From the NCBI GenBank assembly GCA_048937405.1, contig JBHLNF010000001.1:352001-416000 (forward strand): a stretch of DNA of 64,000 bases, given 5' to 3'. Both the position numbers and the translations under genes were made by a program. Origin of the DNA: Promethearchaeota archaeon. Its GTDB lineage: Archaea > Asgardarchaeota > Lokiarchaeia > Sigyniarchaeales > SOKP01. Within the stretch, counting starts at the first letter, position 1; each line of letters opens with the position of its first letter. Shown here in pieces: positions 1 through 8,797 of this stretch. The notes under the pieces are model-generated. The model made no database searches and was not told the origin of the DNA. It worked only from the letters and a program-made list of their open reading frames with translations.

Positions 1-1610
1 ATTAATGGAAATATCAATTGTTCTTCTATTATTGCTGTCTTTAATTTTTCCTCAGCTAATCCCTTAATCTTTAGCTCCGAACCTCTAAATTTAGGATGCT
101 TAAACAACTCGACAGGATATTTATCATTAATAAAGTTTTCAAAGCTGTTTTGTAGTTTTTGTCTAATATTAGTATTTTCAAAGTTCTTTAGATGGTCTTT
201 ATTAAATTTAAATTCATAAATAAGTGATCCTGTCTTAATTAATTTTGATGTTTCTTTTTCTTTATCTATTGTCTCATCTATAATTTCAATTGCATTGATA
301 TACTGTTGTCTATCTATTATCTTATTTTTTAAAGCGTTGTTAATATTTCTCTTTACTTTTAGCCATTTATAAAGGTAATAATCCTTCTTCTCTAATTCGC
401 TAATAAATTCTCCTGCCCCTAATGAATACTTATAAAATTTCATTATTTTATTTAAGAAATCATCGATACTCAATTCAAGTATTTTGAAAAGAGAATATAC
501 AGTTTTTATTTGTGCTCTATTCGTCTTATTATATAATATTTCTAATGTTTTTTCAAAAGTTTCTCTTGAATATTTGAAATCTGCAAAAATTACATTCAAA
601 TTCTCTTGAACAGTTTTCCTTATTAAGCTTATTAACAAATATGTAACCTTTTTAGAAAGATTTACAGCTTTACATACTTTTTTATAGCTATATTGTAAAT
701 CGGAATTCCTTCTTCGTATTCTTTTTTTTAGCATTAAATAAACTATACTTATTGCTAGATATTGAGGGTAAAAATTATCATAAAAACCATTTTTAAATAA
801 CTTAGCTATATTAATTCCATATTGTTCCAGAATTGAGATAAGTTTAAGTCTTTTTTCATATCTAGTTGTTGCTCGGTTTGTAAAACATTTAATTTTATTT
901 CGAGTTAATAAGGTTAATGTTTTTTTAATCTCGTCTTGAAATTTTTGTTCATTAATATTTAATTCAAATTTATCGATTAAAATATCTGTGTAAATTTTTG
1001 AATATTTTACTGTTTTTTCAATGTATTCTTTTGCATCAATTTTAATAAATTCTTTTTGAAAATTATTTAAAACTGAATTAAATACAACATAATTACCATC
1101 TATTTTAAGAAATTTTGCAAATGTTGTCTGCTTTACCATTATATCATAGTGAAGTCTTATTATGGAATATATTATAGATCTTGCTAAATTAATAAGATCT
1201 TTATCTTTCCATTCAATTGATGTATGTATAGTTTCCTTATCATTTTCATATTTTTTCTGAATCTTTTTGATGTACTCCAAATATAGTTTTTTGAATTCTG
1301 GTTCATTTACACATTCGAAGATATCATTTTTAGGTAAAATTTCTAACTGAAATTCAATTTCTTCTTGGATTCTTTGCAAAAATTGAGTATCAAGTATTTT
1401 TATAATTGTTGGACTTTTTCTAATAGTAAAAGAGTTTTTACATTGTTTGCATTTTAAGAGTCTATATCCAATTTTTGTTAAGTTTAATGGTTTTAACGGT
1501 TTGTATATTTGTGCAGTATTACAACATGGCGTTATCACTTCTATTTTCCTTATAATATCTTCTTTTTGCGATGCTGCAGATGGTAAATACTTATCTAATG
1601 TAGTATTCAT
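1..1610 (-). CDS. Partial (runs off left edge) large protein with N-terminal Zn ribbon and two TFIIB/cyclin-like repeats plus a long C-terminal extension
   Basis: ATG at 1610. Partial manual translation MNTTLDKYLPS...PCCNT...CKQC, then LARSIIYSIIRLHYDIMVKQTTFAKFL and PQYLAISIVYLMLKK...SYKKVCKAVNLS. Its absence from the ORF track is consistent with no stop inside the window. Confidence 0.6.
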   Translation of the reverse strand, partial: MNTTLDKYLPSAASQKEDIIRKIEVITPCCNTAQIYKPLKPLNLTKIGYRLLKCKQCKNSFTIRKSPTIIKILDTQFLQRIQEEIEFQLEILPKNDIFECVNEPEFKKLYLEYIKKIQKKYENDKETIHTSIEWKDKDLINLARSIIYSIIRLHYDIMVKQTTFAKFLKIDGNYVVFNSVLNNFQKEFIKIDAKEYIEKTVKYSKIYTDILIDKFELNINEQKFQDEIKKTLTLLTRNKIKCFTNRATTRYEKRLKLISILEQYGINIAKLFKNGFYDNFYPQYLAISIVYLMLKKRIRRRNSDLQYSYKKVCKAVNLSKKVTYLLISLIRKTVQENLNVIFADFKYSRETFEKTLEILYNKTNRAQIKTVYSLFKILELSIDDFLNKIMKFYKYSLGAGEFISELEKKDYYLYKWLKVKRNINNALKNKIIDRQQYINAIEIIDETIDKEKETSKLIKTGSLIYEFKFNKDHLKNFENTNIRQKLQNSFENFINDKYPVELFKHPKFRGSELKIKGLAEEKLKTAIIEEQLIFPL

Positions 1611-1968
1611 AGGTTAAGTCTCCCCTTATAGATATTATATTTCTCATTAGGAAATTTATAATTATTTGATTAGAACTTATCCATTGTTTTAATTTCTTGT
1701 TAAAAAAGGAATCGTTTAATTCCATCCTATTTTTATCCATAGAACAAATTTTCACTTTTTCATATCACCCTTGACTTGTCTTTAATGATTCTCATTAAAT
1801 TTAAATAAAAAAAGTAAGTTAGTTTTTTAAATTTCAAATAGCTTGAATTTAGAAGTTCACGTCATAACCATTTTTTCAATAAACATACCTGTAGCAATTC
1901 TTTAAATTGCCTTCACTTGAACTTTCTCAAATATGCTGTAATCTATCTTCTAAATTCATATTCTTCAC

Positions 1969-2331
1969 TTAATTAATCATGGCTGTTTCGGTAAGTATTT
2001 CATTCTTTTTTAGTACCCATGTCTCGATTTCTAATGATTGGTTTTGTTCTTTTGTAGGTTTCCATGATTTAACGGTACTTTTTGGTATCCATGCTTCTTT
2101 CTCATCAAATTTAATGAATAAAGCTTTTTCAGTTTCTTTTGTTATCATTCCTGTTATTTTTATGGTCGGTTTTGGTTTACCATTATGAATGTATGTATTT
2201 GTTTTTCGGCTTGATGTTTTTTTTGGCTGTTTTTTAGGATTATCGTTTTCGAAGCATGTATCAATTACATATTCTTTAATTGCTTCCCTTACCAGTTTTT
2301 TTATTATTTTAATATCATCCTGAGTAAGCAT
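1969..2331 (-). CDS. Hypothetical virus/plasmid-type small protein
   Basis: 120 aa with RBS GAGGTGA; C-terminal ETEKA...WIPKS...IETWVLKK pattern recalled from small phage/archaeal virus proteins. Confidence 0.6.
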   Translation of the reverse strand: MLTQDDIKIIKKLVREAIKEYVIDTCFENDNPKKQPKKTSSRKTNTYIHNGKPKPTIKITGMITKETEKALFIKFDEKEAWIPKSTVKSWKPTKEQNQSLEIETWVLKKNEILTETAMIN

Positions 2332-2586
2332 TTTTCAAAATTCACCTCTTATGAATAAGAATTTTTATCCCTATGGTTTGTGGTTAGATTTTGTGTGTTT
2401 TTGGGTAAAGTTGTCCCCTAAAAATTCATATAGGAGATCTCACACAAACAGAAATCACCGTTATCTCCTATTATTTCTGCTCTAGCGACAGCACATATCT
2501 TAAATTGAAATTTACAACACATACCCTATTTTTAATTTGACCACGTTTTTTTGTTAGATTTGCTTACAATTAAAATGATAAAAAAA

Positions 2587-2862
2587 TTAATTTGAAGAAT
2601 TATAATAGAGAGCTAAATTTAAGTTAAGAACTCGTATGTAGGATCTCATCCCTAACACAAATTTTTCTATATAATCCTTTTCTAAAATTGCCAAGTCTTT
2701 TTTACACCATTTTTGCTCGAATTCTAAAAGGAATTTTTCTAATTCTTCAAGGAACTGACAATGAGTACAGTTTTTCTTTTTATGAAGGAAAAAATTCACA
2801 GTATTAAAATTTAGATGGTCTATAAGGTATTCTTTCTTTTCTCTATACTTTGCATTTGACAT
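2587..2862 (-). CDS. Small His/Cys protein, paralog of 3358..3672
   Basis: 91 aa; H..CTHCQFLEEL...KW...KDYIE...MRSYIRVLNL aligns with H..CVYCNFLQDL...KW...KDYVE...MRAFIRILNI. Confidence 0.7.
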   Translation of the reverse strand: MSNAKYREKKEYLIDHLNFNTVNFFLHKKKNCTHCQFLEELEKFLLEFEQKWCKKDLAILEKDYIEKFVLGMRSYIRVLNLNLALYYNSSN

Positions 2863-2936
2863 TTTTTTCTCATCTTCTTATAAGTCTAAAAAAAAAGGGG
2901 ATTTGGGGTGATTTAGAATTTTAAACCTATTCCAAA

Positions 2937-3155
2937 CTATGTACTATTCTTGCAGAACAATCCAATTTTATATGGACTTGGTTCTAAATCCCAATCTTCT
3001 AGCGGTATAATTGACATTGATTTATGGTCAATATATCCACATGAAACGCATTCCCATACTTCAATTATATTTTTGTATAATCGAAGTGTGTAACGCTTTA
3101 ATTGTCCGTCTTCTTCTGTACACGAACTTTTCGTACAAGGCTTTGTAACACCCAT
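2937..3155 (-). CDS. Small Zn-ribbon protein
   Basis: 72 aa, CTKSSC...WECVSCG, RBS-like AAGGTG upstream. Confidence 0.6.
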   Translation of the reverse strand: MGVTKPCTKSSCTEEDGQLKRYTLRLYKNIIEVWECVSCGYIDHKSMSIIPLEDWDLEPSPYKIGLFCKNST

Positions 3156-3237
3156 ACTTTACACCTTTCTTCTGTTTATTGTGGTTAGATATGTGTTGTC
3201 GCTAAGTCAGAAATATTTACTAGCTTATCTCTTGTCT

Positions 3238-3713
3238 TTCTCTGCCCTTGCAACAACACATACCATCATATAGGTTGATGTAAGAGATTACAACACATAC
3301 CATATTTTTATTCTGAAGAGGTTCTTTATTTTTTAGTAGATTACTGGAAAGAAGAAGTTAAAAAAGAGATTTGGCTGACTTCGATTTCCTAAAAGAATAC
3401 TTAATGTTGAGAATTCTTATAAAAGCTCTCATACATTGTGCTACATATTCAACATAATCTTTTAACTTAATATCTAAGCCATATTCCATTTCTTCTTCGG
3501 TATATTCCTTCTCAAGCCACTTTCGTGCTTCCTTTATGATGGAAACATCAAGGTCTTGTAAGAAATTACAATAGACACAACTTTCGTCTGGTCTGTGATC
3601 ACCTTTTAAATGATGAACCGCAGTAAACGGGTTGAAGTCTATTAGATTTTCAACTTCTTGTAAAGCTTCCATACCATCACCTCTATGCTATGTGTTGTTG
3701 GAAGAGCAGAAAA
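3238..3713. repeat. Inverted-repeat pair B (3238-3262 / 3689-3713) enclosing one ORF
   Basis: TTCTCTGCCCTTGCAACAACACATA vs TATGTGTTGTTGGAAGAGCAGAAAA, 22/25 complementary; same motif family as pair A. Confidence 0.85.
3358..3672 (-). CDS. Small His/Cys protein, paralog of 2587..2862
   Basis: 104 aa, strong RBS GAGGTGATGG; shared CxxC..FL..L / KDY.E / MR..IR.LN motifs. Confidence 0.75.
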   Translation of the reverse strand: MEALQEVENLIDFNPFTAVHHLKGDHRPDESCVYCNFLQDLDVSIIKEARKWLEKEYTEEEMEYGLDIKLKDYVEYVAQCMRAFIRILNIKYSFRKSKSAKSLF

Positions 3714-3780
3714 TTTTCATCGTATCTTGCGGTGGTCGGTTCAAGCCGACTTTTATTATTCTTTTTTTATTCCTCTTTAC

Positions 3781-4782
3781 TCATTCATGTAGGATTTTCA
3801 TTTCAGATGGAGTATAATTATTATTAACCATTCTTTTCAATACCTCCACATCTTTTAGCTTATATTTTCTCTGCGTGGTTTTAATTGTCCATATTTTCTT
3901 ACTGTGTAAATCTGCATTCTCTATTTTGCAGATATATCTAGGTCTTTTACATATCGGACAATTATCAGTTATCTGAGTTTTGTAGGTCTTTACAATTCTG
4001 AATTTACTCTGATGGAGATATCCAAACAAATTATAACTGTTTTTTACTCCTGAGCTATCTTTCCATAAGGCAATTTTGCTAAGGATATAAAAAATCGTAT
4101 AATACACATTATTTCGTCGTGGCAAATGATTTCTATAAGTTGTGTTAGGGTATTTTTCCCGAAATTCAGAATTATTCATAAGATACCCAAATCCTATAAC
4201 GTGGATATGAACGTTAAGCATTTTTTCAATAGTTCTATCTTTTTCCGTACATTTACAGAAGTATACCTTTTCATTACATTGTTTACAAACACTACTCCAT
4301 AGATGTAAAAATATAATTCCTCCTAGCACTCCCATATCTTTTAGCATTGGATATACGATTTTCTTCTTAAATTTAAGATATTTTTGATAGGTCTCAAAAG
4401 TGTCTCGTCTAATGTGAAATATAATGGAAAAATGCATGATTTTCCCAATACCAATACCGTTTGCATAGCAAATCCTTCGAAATTCCTTTAGTCTATCATT
4501 TAATTTTCTAGCTTTAACTGAACATGCGGTTATAAAACACTTTTCACAGTCCAACTTGTTACAATGTTGATAGATTGATTTTTTCGAGGTAATATCCTGT
4601 TCGCATTGTAATTCATACCGTTTCTTATTGCAATTGTTCCTGTATGTTCCCTGTGATCCCGCAGGTATCCAGTTGTAGCATTTCTCAAACTTTAAATTAG
4701 CAATCTGTTCAACCTTAATGGCGGTTTTTCTGCTAATTTTATTTAATGAAGTATTATAGGTAATCTGTTTTATCTTCGACAT
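3781..4782 (-). CDS. HUH-superfamily rolling-circle replication initiator (Rep) / Y-transposase-like endonuclease
   Basis: N-terminal Cys cluster CNKLDCEKC, motif I-like MHFSII, GGIIFLH, HUH motif HIHVIGFG, motif III-like YYTIFYILSK, then LFG and C-terminal CPIC. Confidence 0.75.
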   Translation of the reverse strand: MSKIKQITYNTSLNKISRKTAIKVEQIANLKFEKCYNWIPAGSQGTYRNNCNKKRYELQCEQDITSKKSIYQHCNKLDCEKCFITACSVKARKLNDRLKEFRRICYANGIGIGKIMHFSIIFHIRRDTFETYQKYLKFKKKIVYPMLKDMGVLGGIIFLHLWSSVCKQCNEKVYFCKCTEKDRTIEKMLNVHIHVIGFGYLMNNSEFREKYPNTTYRNHLPRRNNVYYTIFYILSKIALWKDSSGVKNSYNLFGYLHQSKFRIVKTYKTQITDNCPICKRPRYICKIENADLHSKKIWTIKTTQRKYKLKDVEVLKRMVNNNYTPSEMKILHE

Positions 4783-4864
4783 ACGGTTTTAAACTTTTTT
4801 AATTTTAAATATAATATAAATCATGAATATTTAAAGCCCTATATTTTTCATTCTGGCTATTCTC

Positions 4865-5003
4865 TGTAATACAATTAAGCTAATCGTAGTACAATTTAGG
4901 TATTCGTAATACAATTCAATATATTTTGTAATACAATTTGATTTATTTTGTAATACAAAATTTCCTTTTGTACTACAAATCAGCTTTCCTATGTAATACA
5001 ATT
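4865..5003. repeat. Iteron/operator-like array: 7 copies of GTA(A/G/C)TACAA
   Basis: Copies start at 4866, 4886, 4906, 4928, 4950, 4970, 4993 (spacing 20-23 bp), directly upstream of rep. Confidence 0.9.
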
Positions 5004-5082
5004 GAAAAAAAAGTGAACTTTGCTCGAAGTTAGAAATAGTTACCATCTTTAGATTAGTTTTTATAGCTCTTTATACAATTTT

Positions 5083-5916
5083 ATGCAAAGTAAATCATTA
5101 AAATATACAAAAATGAAAGAAAAAAATATAACATATATTATAATTCCTGCGATGGTTTTCGGGTTTATTTTTATTTCTTCCCTATTTTACTTTAATTGGG
5201 GGTATTTCTTAGATACTTATTTGACAACTGATGGATCTCTACTTATTATACTTGTAATTCTTGTGAGAACATTTATAGTTGGGGCAATTGGTATTCTATT
5301 ATATGCAAAATGGATTAACCAAGAATCACAGTATTTTTCAGACATTCGTTTTTTGTTTTCTTTGTTTTTTCTTGGTTTGGTGTTTGGAAAATTAGCCGAA
5401 TTGTTTTATTACTTCATGTACTACCATTTTTCAGAGTCGTTATTTATTATTTCACTTCAAGCTCGTTTTCTTTGGATGATACTTAACTTAAGCCCTCTTT
5501 TCTTTGTCACATTCGAAATATTATTGTACTATCTTTCTGAAAATTTTCAAACTTTTACATTTCTAAAAAAAGAGAACTCCATAATAATTAAAAGAGTCCT
5601 TATCCTAATAATTATGGTAATCGAAGCAATATTAATTTTCATATCCTCTAATGTTTTTGCCATTTCCCTGCTCTATCCGATTGTTACCATTTCCTCATTG
5701 TTGTTAGTTTCATGGCTTTTTTATCTTGCCCATAGATATAAACGATTAAATGACGCAAAACCATATATTTTATTTATCGGTTTTTCCATTTATGCCCTAA
5801 ATTCAATAGTTCGCTTTGTTTTCTTGCTTATTTTTGGTACAACTCCCCTTTATGTTATAATAACGGAAAGTTTGGATCTCATCGTGTCATTTCTTATTTT
5901 ATATGGTATTATGTAG
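5083..5916 (+). CDS. Polytopic membrane protein (about 7-8 TM)
   Basis: 277 aa with repeated long hydrophobic segments. Confidence 0.75.
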   Translation: MQSKSLKYTKMKEKNITYIIIPAMVFGFIFISSLFYFNWGYFLDTYLTTDGSLLIILVILVRTFIVGAIGILLYAKWINQESQYFSDIRFLFSLFFLGLVFGKLAELFYYFMYYHFSESLFIISLQARFLWMILNLSPLFFVTFEILLYYLSENFQTFTFLKKENSIIIKRVLILIIMVIEAILIFISSNVFAISLLYPIVTISSLLLVSWLFYLAHRYKRLNDAKPYILFIGFSIYALNSIVRFVFLLIFGTTPLYVIITESLDLIVSFLILYGIM

Positions 5917-6566
5917 AGCAGAACACATCATCTTTTCTATTTTTTTTTTCAAATTCTAAGAGTTTAGTAAGAACTTGATGATACAATAATTTTTGAATAA
6001 TAGTTATTCCATCACTCTATCTATTTTACTCAACCACATTTATTATTTCTGAGGATAAAAATATCACAATTGAGTACTTTATTTTACTTCATATTCTAAG
6101 CATGATTTATTTTTTTATAGAAGATACCTTATAAGAATTTTTTCAAAATAGTTTTTCATTTTTAATTTTTTTGAACTAATTTTGACAATATAATCCTTTT
6201 TTAGAAAATTAGAAAATTATTAGAGACATAACATTTAAAAAGTAGACTATATATAATTCATTTTCAGAATTGATCCTCTTTTTAAATACGATTATTAATC
6301 AGGTAATATATTTGAAAACCTTAATAATGAAGTATACTAAGTGAGAAGAATAGTAAATAGAATTTAGAAAAATGTAAGACCTTTTCTGTCGGATAATGGT
6401 CATTATAAAATATGATTAAAATATCCTTTAAACTTATCATTGTATTAGCAAGACTAAACTATAATCTAAAAAAGGATCTGTACTCATACAAAGACTCCAA
6501 TATGTTTAAATAGTAATATGATAGTATTATAGGTAACAGAATTTTAATAAAAAAGAGGATAAAAAA

Positions 6567-7406
6567 ATGAAAGTAGACTACTTATCAACTGGATTAAAAA
6601 TAAAAGAAGCCCAAGACTTAATTGAAAAATTATACAATCTAGGTAGAACAGCTAAAAAAGATACTTTTGCAGAAGATATTGAAATGTCAATTAAAGGTAG
6701 TGCTTTTAGGATTAAAATTGCCTCAATGAAAAAGATGGGATTTTTTATTCAAGAAGACGATAACATAATCTTAACACAACTAGGAAACAATATTTATAAT
6801 GCATATGATGAGACTGAAAAAAAACAGTTATTATTTCAAGGATATATGAATGTAGAACTTCATGAGAAGCTAATTGAAAGATTTAAAGATACAGGTTTAA
6901 ATGTAGAAAAACTTGATAAATTATTGATTCGAGAATATGATGTCCACAATAATTATGCTAGCAGAGTAGCTAAGAGTATTATAAAATCTTTTTCTTATCT
7001 TGGAGTACTAGATCCTGAAACAGGAGAAATAAATGTATCGTTATTAAAAGCTGATGCATCTTCAGAAATAAAAAATGAAAAAGTTGCAAAAAAACAAATA
7101 GAACTAAACATGATTGACAATAAAACAATGTATGATTTGAAAAAAGTAGAAATGTTAGAAAAACCAATACAACAAATAAATACATTTAATTCAGAAGCAT
7201 TTGAGACAATTTTATCAATAGCTAGCTATTTAGATGCAATTCCAATTGAAGACTTATCAGAATTATTGTTAAAAAATGAAAAACTAACACATACAAAGCT
7301 AGTATTTGAGATATTTAAAAATAAGTTTATAGATGATACAATTTCCGAAGAAGAAATAAAACATTTGTTAAAAGCTCTAAAACAAGACTTAAATATCATA
7401 AATTAG
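6567..7406 (+). CDS. Hypothetical protein with winged-helix-like N-terminal region
   Basis: 279 aa, RBS GAGG; IASMKKMGF...IILTQLG wing-like pattern. Confidence 0.65.
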   Translation: MKVDYLSTGLKIKEAQDLIEKLYNLGRTAKKDTFAEDIEMSIKGSAFRIKIASMKKMGFFIQEDDNIILTQLGNNIYNAYDETEKKQLLFQGYMNVELHEKLIERFKDTGLNVEKLDKLLIREYDVHNNYASRVAKSIIKSFSYLGVLDPETGEINVSLLKADASSEIKNEKVAKKQIELNMIDNKTMYDLKKVEMLEKPIQQINTFNSEAFETILSIASYLDAIPIEDLSELLLKNEKLTHTKLVFEIFKNKFIDDTISEEEIKHLLKALKQDLNIIN

Positions 7407-7416
7407 AAAAATTTAA

Positions 7417-7611
7417 GTGATAAAAATGAAAAAATATATAATACATACAGAAAACATAGAAAACTCGAAAATATTAGAAAAACTAATTGATACTATATTA
7501 GAAATATTAAAAGCTATCTCTTCAAATACATTGATTATAGAAAAGCTCGAACACAAAAAAAGAATTACTCTTAATAAAAAAGGACACATTGACTACTGGC
7601 TTAACAATTAG
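7417..7611 (+). CDS. Small hypothetical protein
   Basis: 64 aa, 10 bp downstream of previous gene, same strand. Confidence 0.45.
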   Translation: MIKMKKYIIHTENIENSKILEKLIDTILEILKAISSNTLIIEKLEHKKRITLNKKGHIDYWLNN

Positions 7612-7620
7612 TAAATTAAA

Positions 7621-7682
7621 GAGGTGGCAGACTAGACAATGCCCACGCAGTTTATTGAAAGTCTAGACTGTCAATTAACCTC
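7621..7682 (+). other. GC-rich stem-loop (candidate structured RNA or regulatory hairpin)
   Basis: GGCAGACTAGAC (7626-7637) pairs with GTCTAGACTGTC (7661-7672); outer GAGGT/ACCTC. Confidence 0.55.
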
Positions 7683-7971
7683 AACTTAACTAGAGTTTTT
7701 TTCTTATTTATATTTTTCTCCTATTTAAATAGATTTTATAATTTCAAATTCTTAATTTCTATTAAATATTAATTCCTTCAGATTTTATTCAAATAATAAA
7801 TTAGAAACAAAAAAGGTGTAAGATTTTGATTATAACTAATATTTCACGTAATATTAGATGTGATTAGCCTTAACCAACTTTATCTCTTTATATTTTGATT
7901 TAAAGTAATCCAAAGAGAGAAAAAAGAAAATTTTAAAAAAAATCAAAAAAATTAAAGAATGAAGTGATAAT

Positions 7972-8745
7972 ATGAGTATAGAATATAAATTAGCAGGTAT
8001 TAATCACTATTATTCAGCAAATATCAGTTTTATTGTAGAAACTGTAGCATCCACTATGCAATTTTGGGGATATATTACTACTTTTATGGAAGACGGGTCA
8101 ATTAAAGCTATAAAAGACAAATCTAGACCCTTTTATTTCTACCCTCATGAATCAAAGCAAAAACCATTGATAACAAATAAATTAGAAAAAGCAGAATATC
8201 AAATAAATCGAAAACCAGAAACTATTAAGAATCATATACTAAAGATGGGATTAATTTATTTATTTTCCCTATTTGAAGCATTTAATAAAGATTATTTTCA
8301 AGAATTATTTACATACAAACCAGATCTGATGAAAAGTAAAAAAAGGAAAATTGATTATGAAAATATACTCCAATTTGGAACTATTGAAGATTTACATAAA
8401 TCTTTAGCCGAAAATATTGTTGACAAATTTGGTTATCGAGATATTGATAAATTTGCTAAATTTATCCTAAAGAATTTTAAAATAGATTTAGATAATAATT
8501 TAGAATGCTGGTTAAATTTACGAGAAAGCTATTATAGAAGAAATTGCATTGTTCACAATGATGGGAAAATATCGGAGTTATACTTAAAGAAACTTTCATT
8601 AGGAAATAACGAGTTAAATCAAGAACTTGACTGTGATATCGAATATCTCTGGAATCTTCATCACGATATTCATTCATATATAGATTTTATTGATGAGTCA
8701 ATAAGACAAAAATTTAATTTGAAGAGTTTTATTGACTCGGTGTAA
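7972..8745 (+). CDS. HEPN-domain protein (putative RNase / defence effector)
   Basis: Rx4H motif RNCIVH(NDG) plus upstream helix LFSLFEAF with conserved E. Confidence 0.7.
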   Translation: MSIEYKLAGINHYYSANISFIVETVASTMQFWGYITTFMEDGSIKAIKDKSRPFYFYPHESKQKPLITNKLEKAEYQINRKPETIKNHILKMGLIYLFSLFEAFNKDYFQELFTYKPDLMKSKKRKIDYENILQFGTIEDLHKSLAENIVDKFGYRDIDKFAKFILKNFKIDLDNNLECWLNLRESYYRRNCIVHNDGKISELYLKKLSLGNNELNQELDCDIEYLWNLHHDIHSYIDFIDESIRQKFNLKSFIDSV

Positions 8746-8797
8746 AGATTCTTTTAAACTTTTTTTCTGAGTCTTCCTGTAATTAAGTTATCTGGAT

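Larger units (their letters stand above)
2472..3215. repeat. Inverted-repeat pair A (2472-2500 / 3187-3215) enclosing two small ORFs
   Basis: TATTTCTGCTCTAGCGACAGCACATATCT vs AGATATGTGTTGTCGCTAAGTCAGAAATA, 25/29 complementary. Confidence 0.85.

Noticed and set aside
3220-3298. Tiny MCC-starting ORFs on the minus strand
   Set aside because: An automatic result of the ATGTGTTGT repeat; lengths and sequences are not conserved between copies.
2472-3713. Classical integron attC array or dif/pdif sites
   Set aside because: No tyrosine recombinase in the window, no RYYYAAC/GTTRRRY boxes, and no 11-6-11 geometry; kept only as an analogy.
4865-5003. Possible CRISPR array
   Set aside because: 9 bp repeats with 11-14 bp spacers are far too short, and no cas genes are present.
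4831-5046. 71 aa ORF in the track
   Set aside because: Overlies the GTAnTACAA array; the translation just reflects the repeats.
7621-7682. tRNA gene (GGTGGCAGA resembles a tRNA 5' region)
   Set aside because: No anticodon stem, T-loop GTTCRA or acceptor pairing.
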